DNA of 63,254 bases, the filler included, from Craspedostauros australis (taxonomy: Eukaryota): the NCBI GenBank assembly GCA_030167865.1. It is 8 parts of 8 records of this genome, joined end to end, with 100 filler letters (N's around TTAATTAATTAA, not from the genome) between each part and the next. Parts side by side here need not be neighbours in the genome. Positions count along the whole stretch, not along the records: positions 35,512 to 51,163 come from JALAGF010005850.1; 7 more parts are not named here. One strand, 5' to 3'. This document shows positions 37,378 through 51,263 of this stretch, piece after piece. Position numbers and translations under genes: made by a program. A model generated the notes under the pieces. That model ran no database searches and was not told the DNA's origin. It saw only the letters and a list, made by a program, of their open reading frames with translations. Every line of letters starts with the position of its first letter. Within the stretch, counting starts at the first letter, position 1.

Positions 37378-38715
37378 GGCGACGATGATGATGAGAGTGG
37401 GTGGGTGGATGGATTGTATGAATGGGTGAATGGATGGATCAGTCGAAGGTGAACGCGAAGTATGTGTCAATTTTCCGGATGTATGGACCGATCGATGCAG
37501 TGCTGTGCTCCGTGGATGGTGGAGCAGATACAGGGAAAGCAAATTGGAGGATGAAGGAAAGCAGACATGCAACGACGATGCGAATTAACCACCACATGAA
37601 GGGGACGGCGATGGACAGAGGAAGAAAGGGCCAGACTGATTCCGCGAAAAGCATGGATGTGGACTTCATGGAGGCAACACAGGACGGTTGTCGACAATTG
37701 GGTCAACAGAACCGCATTTCAAATCCAACGCATCCGCGCTAAGTATATTCAGAATTAAGACCAACAATACATGAAAGATGCAATACATAGACGATCGAAA
37801 GACACCCTGGCGCGTATGGAACGCCAGCAAGTTGGAAGCACATGAAGAACATCTGAAGTAGTTAGGGAAACACCTCAACAATCGGAGGCAAGAAAGCCAT
37901 GAAGAGCACGATGGCGCCAACCGGTAAATCCAGATCGAAACGTGGATAGTATACACGACTCAAAACGATCCATCGAGTCGATGTCCTTAACGGGACTAAG
38001 ATCGTGACTCGGGATAGGGGCGCGCCAGCCTCGCCAGTTATGAAATTATGAGCCACGCAAACACCTCCATTATGACCCTTACAACCACCTCCAGTCGAAA
38101 GAATCAAAAAGAGACAAGACAAAAGCGACAAAGTTCGGGAAGTCCAACACAACACAGAGAACGAAGTCGAAAGCGAAACGGTTTTCACAAATTTTGGGGA
38201 TGTGCGTTGGATGAAGATGTGTCTGTCTCTGTGTACACGAATCGACTCCGATGATCAGCGTGATTGCGCGATATGATTGGCTCATCGAAGATGTTTCTCC
38301 GCGCCCGTCGTGCCAACAACGCGCACAAAGGATGGCTAAATTTGGTGTCCGTTGGGACAGAGGGGTGTGTGGGTTTCTGGTCAGGGTGCGCTGTGGTCAC
38401 AAAATCAGCACCTCTGGCAAATCACAAACCCCACGCAAGACACACACAGCACGCAGCCCACGCAACCACTCACATCAAACAACATCGAGCAACATCGAGC
38501 ACGCTACTCGACTCCACATCAAACAGGTGACCGCAACGCAGAACGGAACGGAGACACAACAATTTGGGGCATCAGATCGATCACAATCAGCAACAGCCAA
38601 ACAGAAGAACAGAGGAGCAAAAGAGCAGAACGCAGAAGATCAGACGAAGAGGCACAGAATCACCAAGACGGCCATCAATACCACTGCCACTGCCGCAACC
38701 AATACGACGACCAAC

Positions 38716-40037
38716 ATGAACAGACTGAACGCAATCGCACTGTTGGTGGCCATGGCAATGATGCTTGCCATCGTGCAGGCATCAGCAACGGAGATGGAGA
38801 TGGAGATCGATGAACAAGGACGGGTTTCAACCCCAAAGCGAAGGCGATTCCGATTGGATGCTGTGAGTGCAAGACATGAGAACAAAGAGGAGGAGGAGAT
38901 GCTGGAGGTGTTGCATGGCAGGCCTGTTTCACAAGCATGCCACAGTTGTGCGGCCGATCGATTGTTTGGTCGTGCGTCATGGAGCCACTGCCGAGACGTC
39001 TATCAAATGGATGAAAAGGAGGAGCTTGCATCGTCCACTGATCCTGCTGAAGTGCATTCGAAGCGCTCTGCCATTCTATGTCTCTCTCTCGCATACGCAC
39101 ACTCACGCAGATATTGTGATGCCAATCTCTCTCTCTTTCTTTCGCAATGGCAATTCCACTCATCGCCATCTCTTCGATTCGCGATCGGCTCTGCGATCTC
39201 ATTCCAACCCATCGTCGACAACAAAGCAGGACCAATTCGTGACCAACAGACAGATGAAGAGGTACGTTCATTCGAGTTGTGCGAGTCATGCGTGCTTGTG
39301 AAAGGATGAAAGAGGAAATACAAGCCACGAGTCATCTATCATTGCGGCGACCCTAATCACCCGGCATGGAGCGCGAGTCGTATGCTCACCCGTCGCCTCT
39401 CCTTCCAACGTTGAATCGTCTCTAACATCCCCTCGATCCACGCTCTCCTCTATTTCGCACGCATGCGATCATTGACTCCATTTCGATTTACAGCACGAAG
39501 GAACCAAAATCCACCAAAGAACCCAAGTCTACCAAGGGACCAGCATCAACAAAGGAACCGACAACCAGCATCAGCGACGATTCTTCATTCTCCACCAAGC
39601 AGCCAAAGAGCACCAGCGACAATTCTTGGTTCTCCACCAAGCAACCAAAATCCACCAAGGAACCAAAATCCACCAAGGAACCGGAATCGACCAAGGAGCC
39701 CAAATCTACCAAGGAACCAAAGTCCACCAAGCTTCCAAAATCAGAGTCGTGGTCAACGAAGGCACCAAAGTCTGACAAGTCCACCAAGACTACCGATACC
39801 AAGACCAGCAAGGTCGACTCAAGCTGGGATGAAAAATCAGATAAGCTGACGAAGAGTCCGGAGGATGAGGCATATTATTCATCCAAGTCGTCCAAGGCAA
39901 GTAAATCCGGCGGTTCCCCAACCAGCCCCACCACCATGGGCTCGGTGACAGATCCTACCGATGCTCCAATGGACGCAGTCACTGTCACTGCTTCGGAGAG
40001 CGTCAGCAAGAGCGGAAAGAGCTCCAAGCGACAGTAG
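38716..40037 (+). CDS. Secreted Lys/Ser/Thr-rich silaffin-like protein, ~240 aa; exons 38716-38862, 39230-39261, 39494-40037
   Basis: Signal peptide MNRLNAIALLVAMAMMLAIVQASA; canonical phase-compatible splice sites (GTGAGT..GCAG, GTACGT..ACAG); mature part STKEPK repeats, YYSSKSSKASKSG and SKSGKSSK. Confidence 0.8.
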
Positions 40038-41759
40038 ACGTAGGCATTTTGGATTCGGACGCGGAATGAAATCCAATGTCCCAATCCAATGGCCAGATCG
40101 GGTACCACACATTCGCCAGCACAGCATCGTGATGAATTGTATTTGTCGCTTGTCGTGAAGTGACGGTGTCCTATCACACAGGTATGAACGTGATTCCCCG
40201 ACGACAGTCCCATCCTTTGCTTCGCCACTCGCAGCGGCGACTCTTCAATCTCATGGATACGTGCGCGCATGAGCGTGTGGGTTCATATGAAATTGCAGGG
40301 TAGCAGCACGCACGCATGTGCATCCATCAATCCGTCAATAGCGGGCGATGCAAATGGAAAGAGAGACCGTCTGAACTCCTGAAGAGCACTCTGAATAACA
40401 GCAACAACACACAACTGATGGATGCTATGTCTCAATGAAAGAAAGAGACACAACTGCGAAGCATTCCAATGCAATGCAAGATCATTTACTGCAGCAGCAG
40501 TATGACCACACCACACCTCCCCTCCAACCAATCCCCCGGACCAACGAATAGCCATGCTTCGCTGTTCGTCACCACGAGCACCCGTGCCATGTGATGGACA
40601 CGCAGAAAGCAACCACATATCAACCACACACACACACACACACACACAAGTATCTCATCAACTGATATGGACAGAAATGATATCCACGTATATATGTACT
40701 TATAACGATAACCCAAAAGAGTAAACCAGTGCTATGACAACAGGCTCACTCTCCCATAACAGCAGCGGCAGCGTTCACACCATCGTTGACAATGGCGGTT
40801 CGTCGACGGTCACTTTGTGGAGGGTTCGATGTGAAATGGACTCCGAATATCATCACTGAGCCTGATTCCTGCCGTTGATGCTATGCATGTGTGCGTATTA
40901 TGGATGGCATGAATGGCAAGGGCACCACGGGCTCACAACCATAGCGGCGAGGTTGCACAGTGAAAAGTGACGATAACAACATGAGAGTGCTCGTGGTCTG
41001 ATGCCGCAGACGATTCTCCTTCCATCTCATTCCTGCAGCCGGCTGCTCTGTTAGACACCACATTCAGCAAGATCAATCAGCAAAATGCGGTGACAAGAAC
41101 GAATGACAAGAACTTGGAAGAGCGCAGCAAGTGATGGTGGTGGCTGAGTTAGGCATACAGCGTGGGCGAGCGAGTATGTCAGAATCTGCAGCCATAGTGG
41201 TAGGTTCATTGCATGCTGCCCTCTCGACGGAAAAGAAACCAGAGTTGTTAGACAACAGGTCTGCATTCAACGGCAAGTCTAAACTGCTGATAGGCGGGAA
41301 TAACGTACGCGGGACTGACAGAAGCGAACCGCTGATGTTTGGACGTCTTGTTTTCTCGTGGGATCTTCTGCATTCGCGAATCTCGTGCCGTGTTTCTGGT
41401 TGGTTGGTTGGTTGGTTGGTTCCGTTCCTCCTCCACAGTGATGGATGGAGAAAGGAACGCGTTGGAGAGAGAAGGAGAACGAGGGAGCACACAGATCATC
41501 GCGGCAGAGCACCACAGGTAACCCCCCTTGCGGAACATTGGCAGCGACCAACCACCTGGAACGACAGCGACAGTACTCGCAGTCGTAACAACTGTAACCA
41601 CAACCTTCCACACTACTCGAGATCATATCTATACTCCCGCTCCACTCCACTCTGCTAGTGAGAACAAGAAGAAGGCTGCGGCGAACGTGTTGATCACCTG
41701 CCTCCCATCAGCGAAGACTTCCCAATTCCCAACTATTCTATTATATAATACATCACATC

Positions 41760-43057
41760 ATGTCAAACGAGAAGAAGGCACTCAAGGTCGTTGTCTTGGG
41801 AGATCCAGGGTGAGTCGGCGGTTGCGATCGCCATAGTTCTGATGGTTGCATTGGCTGTGATTATTGTGATGACTGTGACGACTGTGACGACTATGATGAC
41901 GACGGTTGACACCATGGGAAGCCACGCTGCCATGACTTCAGCAGACATGGGAGCCGTGGCAGCCATGGCAGCAGCAACAGTGTCAGCCACCCAGTGCTGA
42001 ATGTCTTTCTCCAGTGGAGACTTCTTCTTGTCCTTCCCCTCATCTTGTGATTCGTTGCTTCCCTTTCCATATCTTCGATGTCCTCAATGACCCGCACTCT
42101 AACCTTTTAAAATATAATATTTCCAAACAAACAAACAAACAAACAAACCAATGAACGAACGAACGAACAACAACACCATTGGCTCACGGACTCAGCGTCG
42201 GCAAGACATCGCTGATGAATCGGTACGCGACCGGCAAGTACACAGGACAGTACAAGTCGACGATCGGCGCAGATCTCCTGGTGAAGGACAACGTCATAGT
42301 CACCGACACCTACGGACAGCAGCAGCTCGTCAAGCTCCAGATTTGGGACACGGCGGGGCAGGAGCGATTCCAATCGCTCGGCGTTGGGTTCTACCGCGGA
42401 GCGCATGCTTGCCTTCTGGTGTACGACATCACCGATCCGCACTCCCTGGACAGCCTCGATCGGTGGAGAAAGCAATTCATAGAACAGGTGGGAGGTGGCA
42501 TCCAGGGACTGGGTGATGCTACTACCCTCTTTCCCTTTGTCGTTTTGGGCAACAAGGCTGACAAGGTATGTGTGTGTTATGCAAACCATGGTGTTTGCGA
42601 CATTCTCCAAACACTCCTCTGTGCATGAAACACAAATGTATGTACAGCTGGAATCGATGAACATTGGCTCGTTTCTCACCGTGCAGCAACCACCGCTTAC
42701 CATTGTATCACACGAACGCATTGCGTCGCATCAAATCGTATCGTATCGAATCGAATTGCTCCTATCAACAACGATCCGCAGGAATCCGACCGGCTCATCC
42801 CACCAGAACAAGCCCAGGAATGGTGCAGGAGCGCTGCTTCGGCAACCATCGCGGGCTCCCAGCCGCTGCCACACTACATTGCATCTGCGAAGACGTCGGA
42901 GAGCGTGGATGATGCCATGATGGAACTCGCGCGCCGGGCGTTGTCTTACGAAGACTACAAGCGCCGTTCGACACCTCAACTGTTCGTCCCGCCTTCGCAA
43001 ACTGGGACTGTCAAGCTCGGCGAAGGCCATCGGGACGACAAGGAAAAGTGCTGCTGA
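41760..43057 (+). CDS. RAB7: Rab7-like small GTPase; exons 41760-41809, 42196-42565, 42782-43057
   Basis: Spliced: [61 protein letters not shown]-terminal CC prenylation motif. Confidence 0.9.
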
Positions 43058-43916
43058 TGATCATCTTATTGGGAATGGTTGGATCTTGTACAAGCATGTA
43101 TTGTATTAGATTGTGAGCGTGATATGGTGCGACATTGCGTTCTATTGCACGGTGAAGCGTGCATACGTAATTCGAAACAAGGAACAGCATCATCCTCTCA
43201 GCCATCTCAGCATTCCGTGCTGTGCCATCTTGATAGACATCTTCATGGAACGAAAAAGGGACAGGTGGACGGGCCGGTGCATTCCACAATGTCTCATGCA
43301 GAAGACTCGCGTCAAGAATATGCTAGCCTAGAACATGGAACAACACTACATAGAATACAAGACACTTGCTCCGTCTGAAAGGCTCCGTCTGAAAGAGGGC
43401 TGGAATGAAGCGCATTGAATGGCTGACTAACTCACGGAAGCCATTCATTGGCAAGAGAAGACGATACTGGCAAAGAGAACATCGCGATTCTTGAATGACA
43501 GCGACGGCAACGAGTATCATCCAAGATGATCGATGCTCTCGGACAGGCAACTTTGCTCCGCGGTGGTTGACATAGTCGATGGATTATTCAACAAGCATGA
43601 CACTGCGCACTTCATCTGTCAAGGTGCGCTCTTCTCCTGTGTACGTGCGCGCCAGTTCCTTCTGCAACCCATGAGACAGGAGTTCAAACTGATCGTGGTG
43701 CGTACAAACTCCACTTCGTGGATTGCTCCAGGAACATTTGAGCAAACGTACGAGGGCATGTAATTTGCCTCACCATGCCGGGACGATTGCGATACTCTAG
43801 AGAGAACTGGTTGCGCTGTCTCTGACAAAACGGAACTAATTAATGATGAATTGCAGGTACGCGGTTTTCGTTGCCAGTTTCTTTCTTTTTGTTTGGCTCG
43901 TTGGTTGCGTGCATGC

Positions 43917-46900
43917 TTACTCGATCTCCACAAGCAGATCGTCACCCTCAAGCTTGTCGCCCACGTTGACGACAACTCTCTTGACCTTTCCAGACATGGT
44001 GGCTGGGACGGAGGTCTCCATCTTCATGGCCGACAAGGTGGCGACTGTGTCTCCCTCCTTGATCTCGTCACCGGCCTTGACCTTGACGCTGACGACGACA
44101 CCGGGCATTGGACTTCCGACGGATCCTGGGCCACTGGCCTTCTCGCGGACGGCACCGTCCTTCTCGACACTGTTGTCAGTGACTGGCATGTACATCTGCT
44201 CACCGTTGACCTCGAAGATGACCACGCGTGTTCCGTCCTCGCGGACGTTCTGCATGGAAACGAGCTTGACGATAAGGGACTGTCCTCGTCCGACGTTGAG
44301 CTCGACCTCGTCGCCTTCCTTCATTGGGTTGAGGAAGATGTGAGTTGGCAGGCGGCTGACTTCTCCGTAGATGATCTCGTATGCCTTCCAGTCGGCGAAG
44401 ACCTGTGGGTAGAGAGCGAAGGAGAGAAGGTCCTTCTCGGAGATGTTGTTGCTGCCGTACGTCTTTTGCAGACTGGCGCGCTCCTTCTCGAAATCGTAGT
44501 CTGGGATGAAGGATCCAGGGCGTCCCTCGACTGGCTCCAATCCACGTCCGGCAAGGACCTTGGAGCGAAGTGGCTCCGTGAATCCACCTGGTGGAATACC
44601 AATGTCTCCGCGGAGGAAGTTGACGACGGAGTCTGGGAATGCCAACGTCTCGGCCTGCTCCATGATGTCCTTGGCCTCCAGGTTCTGGGCGACCATGAAC
44701 TGGGCCAGGTCACCGACGACCTTGGAGGATGGGGTGACCTTGGGGATATCGCCAAGCACCATGTTGGCCTCGGCATACTTGCGCTTGATCTCTGGCCACT
44801 TTTCGGTGAGTCCGAGCTGCTTGGACTGGAAGAGAAGGTTGGTGTACTGACCACCTGGGATCTCGTGCATGTAGACATCGGAAGATCCGCTGAGCTGACC
44901 GGATTCGAATGGACTGTAGAGAGATCGGACGTTCTCCCAGTACTGCGCGGATGTGATAGAAGTGCGTCAACATATCCGTTTGTTGCCATGTGTATGCGTG
45001 TCGCATAGATCCGCGCCGCAGAGACACGCAAATTAATGGAAGGAAATGGTTGAAGATGAGAAGGAGCATTGTGTGAGATGTCATTATGTGCTGTACCATA
45101 AACGCAGCAAGCACAAACGTGATGAAAGCTAATGCAGAGGTAGCTGGAGTGTGGTCACAGCAAGCAGCAAACAGCCAGACCAACAAAACAAAACGGAGCA
45201 TTGCCGCAGCACTTACGCTGTTCAAGGATCCGACGGACGCCAAGTCAAGGCCAGTGTCGAGGTCGGTTCCCTTCAAGTTGGCAACGATGGCACCGAGGGA
45301 TGGCTGCGAAGTCATTCCGGACATGCCGTCCAGGGCGGCGTCGACGATGTCGGCACCAGCGCGGGCGGCGGCGATCATGGAAGCAACTCCGGCACCGGCG
45401 GTGTCGTGGGTGTGGACGTGGATGGGGGTGTCAGGATGTTCCTCGCGCAGTGCGCTGACGAGCATGGTGGCGGCGGTTGGTGTGAGGAGGCCGGCCATGT
45501 CCTTGATGGCGAGGGAGTGGACTCCCATGCCGACGAGCTCGGAGGCGAGGTTGACGTAGTACTCGAGGTTGTACTTGCCCTTGGATGGGTCGGCGACATC
45601 ACCGGTGTAAGACATGGTACCCTCGACGAAACCGCCGGCGTTTCCGGCAGCATCGACACCGAGCTTGAGGTTTTCGAGGTAGTTGAGGGAGTCGAAGACA
45701 CGGAAGATGTCAACACCGGAGCTCTGTGCCTCCTTGCAGAATTTGTGGACGACGTTGTCGGCGTAGTTGGTGTATCCAACGGCGTTGGCACCGCGGAGGA
45801 GCATCTGGAATGGCACATCTGGGACATCTTCGCGCAGCTTCTCGAGGCGTGCCCATGGGCATTCGTGGAGGAATCGCATGGCGACATCGAAGGTGGCACC
45901 TCCCCACATCTCGAGGGAGAAAGCGTCGGCGAGGACTGTGTTGGTGGCACCGGCGATCTTGACGAGGTCCTTTGTTCGCATGCGCGTGGCAAGGAGCGAC
46001 TGGTGGGCATCGCGCCAGGTGGTGTCGGTGACCATGACTCCCTTGTTGGCACGGACGGCCTTGGCGAGGCCTTCCGGTCCCTGCTCGAGGAGGATGTGGC
46101 GCATGCCGGCCTTCTTTCCGGCCTCGGTTGGCTTGGATGGGATGGCTGGCACCTTGACTTCCTTGATCTTGGTGTTGAGCTTGGTGATGTCCGCACCGAG
46201 AGACTCCGGGTGTCCGTTGACAGCGAGGTTGGCGAGGTATCGCACGAGGTTCTCGTTACGGTTGACGAGCTTTGGATCGGCCTGGAGCTCGTTGGCGAAT
46301 CCCCAGAAGGAGGAGGAGGTCTGCTTGAGCTCTGGGTTTTCGTCGATGAAGGATGTGGTGACTGTTCCGGTCTTGAACTGTGGGTGGGCCATGACGTTGA
46401 GCAGGAATGGGATGTTGGTCTTGACACCGCGGATGCGGCACTCCTGGAGGACACGGTTCATGCGGGCGACGGTTTCTGGGAAGTTGGATCCGCGGGCTGT
46501 GTACTTGACGATCATGGAGTCGAAGTACGGCGTGATGGTCAAACCAGAGTATCCGATACCGTCCATGCGGACACCGTTTCCGGCGGAGTGACGGTAGAGC
46601 GAGAGGGTACCAGTGTCTGGAGCGAAGTCGCGTTCTGGGTTCTCAGTGGTGACACGGCACTGGATGGCAACTCCACTGTTCGTTTCATGGAGAAGTTGTT
46701 GTCGGAAGCGACCATGGTGATTTTGGGACAAGTTGCGGTTTCCAATCATAATCATAATCAGAATGGCAATTTGTTCAATTGCATTGAATTGGATTCAGTC
46801 GGATTGGAGTGTATTGCATTGTATTGCACCAATTGCGTGTCATGGTTTGATTTCATTGTATCGTTGCATTTCATTTCATAGCATCGGTTGTGTACGTGCG

Positions 46901-48796
46901 TGTCACCATGTGGTAATCGATTAAAATACATCATAGCGTTGATTTGTGCAGTGCCATCGATTCATCAATTCGCGAGTGCCGAGCATCAAGTAGAAGATTG
47001 ATGCGTCAATTGACGGAACACCAAGAGTCGGAATGATGGATTGTTGCGCCAGCGCATCAAATTAATGCCGTGCCGCGGATGCATTATTTTCGTCAATTGA
47101 GTCAAATCCATGGAACGGGATGGCATGTTCGTGAAAGCGAGAATGAGTTGCGGTGTGAGATGGATGAATCAAGAACGAAAATAACGAAATCAATCAATTC
47201 AGTCGGAACCAACGATGGTGACGCGAATGACGAATATCGACCGATGAAGACAAGACGGGTGTGACGTACCGTGGGGAGATGTTCTCCTGGATGAGACCAA
47301 CCTCTTCGAGGGAGGCACCGGAGGCGATCTTGATCTGCGCTTGCACGAGATCGATGCCTGTGACTTCCTCCGTGACGGTATGCTCGACCTGGATACGTGG
47401 ATTGACCTCGATGAAGTAGGGGCGCATTTCGGCATCGATGAGGAATTCCACCGTGCCGGCATTCTTGTACTTGGCGGCGGATGTGAGCTTCATGGCGTAG
47501 TCGTGGAGCTGGAAACGTAGCTCATCGGGAAGGGTCCAGGCTGGCGCCATCTCGATGACCTTCTGGTGACGACGCTGGACGGAGCAATCACGCTCCCACA
47601 GGTGGACGACGTTGCCCGTTCCGTCACCGAGGATCTGGACCTCGATGTGGCGTGGCTTGTCGACGAAACGTTCGACGAAGACAGCGCCATCACCGAAACT
47701 GGCGAGGGCCTCGGAGCTGGCGGATTCGTAGAGTGAGACGAGGTCCTCCATTCTGCGGACGACGCGCATTCCCTTTCCTCCTCCACCCATGGCGGCCTGT
47801 GTATATGTTTGCCAATGTGTTTGTGTTTGTGAATATTCACATCATCATTGTTGTTGTTATTGTTGTTGTCATTTGTAGGCATGCCGGTGTTGCCGATGCA
47901 ATTGAGTGTTACAGTCATCAACGATGAATAATGCCGAGCGTCAAATCACCCAAATGCGACGCAGTTGCAGCGTTGCCGAGCGAGAAAGCACAATCAATGA
48001 AAACCGAATTGATGCATGACATGTGAGAGAGTGTGAGTAATAATGAGTAAACAATGAGTGTATAATGAGTGTTCAATTGTGCAAGCACAAGTGCGCAAAT
48101 ACAAACACAGGAGCACCGTCGGAAGGAGTGACGTACCTTGAGGATAACTGGAAGACCGATGCCCTCGACGAACTCGACGACTTCCTCCGCGGTCGCGAGG
48201 GATCCGTCGCTACCTGGGACGACCGGAACACCGGCCTCAATGGCAGCCGCACGGGCGCTGGTCTTGTCGGCAAATCGCTCGAGGTTCTCGACGGTGGGCC
48301 CGACGAAGACGATGCCAGCATCCTGACAGGCCTGCGCGAACTCCGATGACTCTGAGAGGAATCCGTATCCCGGATGGATGGCCTCGACGTCGGCATCCTT
48401 GGCGATTTGGATGATCTGCGGGATGTCCAGGTAGGCGGAGATGGGCGTGGCGCCCTCGTCCTTGTCGAGAAGGAAGGAGCGGTCGGCCACCCAGCGGTGC
48501 TGTCCGTAGCGATCCTCGTGGGAGTAGATGGCCACTGTCCCGGCGTTCATCTCTGTGGCCGCGCGCATGATGCGCACTGCAATTTCCGCGCGGTTGGCCG
48601 CCATGATTTTGGAGAAGACCGGCTTGGCGGAGAATGGATCGGCGGCCGCATCGGTGGTGGTGCCCGTCGTCTCGCTCTCAGTGGCCACGTTGAGGTGGGT
48701 CCTCATGGCAGCGCGGCCTGTGCGAGGAGCGAAGGCTCCCGCGGATGCCGCCAACAGCGCCCATAGCAGGGCGGACGATGATGCAACGACTCTCAT
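43917..48796 (-). CDS. PYC: Plastid-targeted pyruvate carboxylase, ~1223 aa; exons 48796-48137, 47796-47270, 46675-45217, 44942-43917
   Basis: Signal peptide + [75 protein letters not shown], biotin motif AMKM. All three introns are GT-AG and phase-compatible. Confidence 0.97.
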
Positions 48797-50129
48797 CTTG
48801 CTTCTCACTCTGTTTCTGTCTGTTGCTCTGTTTGGATCCTCAGCGGATTGCTCCAATGATTGCTCCAATGATTGGATTACTGGATGAAAATAATGAATAT
48901 AATGAGTGAATATAATGAGTGAATTGGGTGGATCAGTGAATGAGCAGATCAATAGATCGATGAGTGACGGTAATGTGAGGGGTGAAGACACCTGACTCCA
49001 ATTTATGATCTGTGACGATGCCAAACTTCCGACCAAGATGCTGAGCTTCGTGCACTTGTATCCATGACGGGGCTCTCTGTTTTGCAGTTGTGCCTTGTCA
49101 TAGTCATGCACAAAGATGCGCGGTTGCCGCCACCACGCGCATTGTTCTCGGGCGAACAACAAGGTGTCCGATCCTCGACCACCGTCCTTGCAACTGCACA
49201 CCTCACATCAACACGACGGAGAGAGAATTCGCCAGCCAACAAACCTCCTGAATTTTTGGATCCATCACCGTTGTTCTCACAGACAAGTTCGGCAGACAAA
49301 AACAGATGGATCCGGCGGTATCTTGCGATAGCGTCTGACCAACCATCCGATTGGACACGCTGACGTCGATTTGGCATCACGAAACTGCACCTGATTCGGG
49401 AACAATGAGAATTTTGGTCGAGCCGGTCGATGAAAATGAAATTGTCGCATGTGACATCAGTGTGACATAAAATGGCTCGAAAGAGTCACACTGGCGCAAA
49501 TGCGTGACGAATGGCAGAAACCGTCAAATGCGCGAAGATGAAGGGGGAAAATGATCTTGGAGGGAAAGAAGGTGATCCATCACCGCACGAGCACGAAAAC
49601 GGGAACGAGGCACGAGCGTGGTGAGGAGTGTGGTGGGGGGAACCAAGTGCCAAGAGAGCCAAACAGAGAAAGGGAAAGAGAGAGAGAGACAACATCGAAG
49701 TGGAAGGACACCGGATCAGACCCTCTTTGCTTTCCCTTGCTGTGTGTTGTGTCAACTGCATCATCGGATCGAAGAGAGACGTGAAGAAACATCAAGCAGC
49801 ATCAAGCAAGGCCAGGCGCAGCGAAGAGCGACAGGAGGAAGTGAAGGAAGCCATTGCGGAGTGGAGAAAGTTGACACCAGGCCTGAGACATCGACCATCA
49901 GCTGTGTTACAACTACAACTACTCTGGCTGTGTTACAACAGTGCTATTCCCAGTGTCAGGAACAACATCGAGCCACATCTGTGAGGATTCATTGAGTTGC
50001 TCTCAGAGGCATTCAGAGGAATAGACATCCACAAACACCTCTGGAGTGCTCTACTCTACTCTCCTCAAATCTATTGCCACTACGACTACCACCACTGCAA
50101 CTATTCTACAACCTATACAAACACCCACA

Positions 50130-51163
50130 ATGACGAGCATCGTGAGGAGGGCCGCGGGGTATCTGTTCTCTAGCAGCTCTGTCAGCTCGGCCAAGGCTGG
50201 TGCAGCCGGGGAGACGACGCCGTTGGTGTCCAATGGCACCAGATCGGCCAAGGCTGCATCCAACGGGGCCTTGGACGATGGGGGCGCTGCTCTCAGCATC
50301 ATGGAGTCACAGCAGCAGCAGCAGCAGCAGGATGAGCAGATAGCATCGCAGGCGCAGCAGCCTGGACAGAGCTCCAATGGGAAGCAGCCGGCAAAGAAGC
50401 CAAAGAAGGAGGAGCCGGAGGAGGAAGAGGAAGAGGACAGCCTCGCCACGATGCTGGAAAAGGCGCACGAGGTGGTGCATCCCAAGCCAACCAATTCGCC
50501 AAGCGCCATGGAGTACTACTTCCAGAAACCGAGGAATGCCTTCGTGCAAAGGTACTACCGATTCACGGCGACGGCCATCACCCCCATCGTCGCGCTGCAC
50601 AAGAAGCCGGGCACGGGAAACTCGGCCATCGTCACCACCGGCGTCACGGGCCTCCTGCGCAGATCGGGGGTCGTGGCATCGCACGGCACCGACACTTCCG
50701 GCGACTGGATCCTCGTCTCCGTCGGCGGCAGAACGGGATGGGCGCGCAAGAAGAACCCGGGCCAGAGCTTCTCGGGATTCACGCTCGCCAACCGATTCAC
50801 CGCCACGGAAGGATGGATGGGCAACCACACCTTCCTCTGCAAGGGCAAGGTCATGCTCGGCAGCGACGCGCCCAGCCTCATCATCACCAACCTCCTCCTC
50901 GTCGTCGGCATCGCCCTCTTCCACTTGCAGATCCTGCCGCAGCTGCAGCATCTCCAGGACACCGTGGAGCTCGACCGTCTCTGGATACCCGTCAAGTACC
51001 AGTTCTGGCTCTCCATCGGTTTTGGCGCCGTCACCTTGCTCATGCTATGGATCGCCGCCGTTATGGATCCCGGGATCTATCCCGCCGTCTCCTCGCCCAT
51101 CAAGGCGCCCGTGCCTGACGATTGGATTCCATTGGGAGGCCCGCTGGGTTACCGATACTGCAG
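50130..51163 (+). CDS. DHHC palmitoyltransferase (Erf2/ZDHHC9-like), truncated just before the DHHC domain
   Basis: WMGNHTFLCKGKVMLG, two TM helices, DPGIYP, then RYC at the contig end. Confidence 0.75.
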
Positions 51164-51263
51164 NNNNNNNNNNNNNNNNNNNNNNNNNNNNNNNNNNNNN
51201 NNNNNNNTTAATTAATTAANNNNNNNNNNNNNNNNNNNNNNNNNNNNNNNNNNNNNNNNNNNN

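Noticed and set aside
38251..39309. 352-aa ORF as listed in the track
   Set aside because: It reads through 5' UTR and intron 1; the spliced model has a signal peptide and consistent phases.
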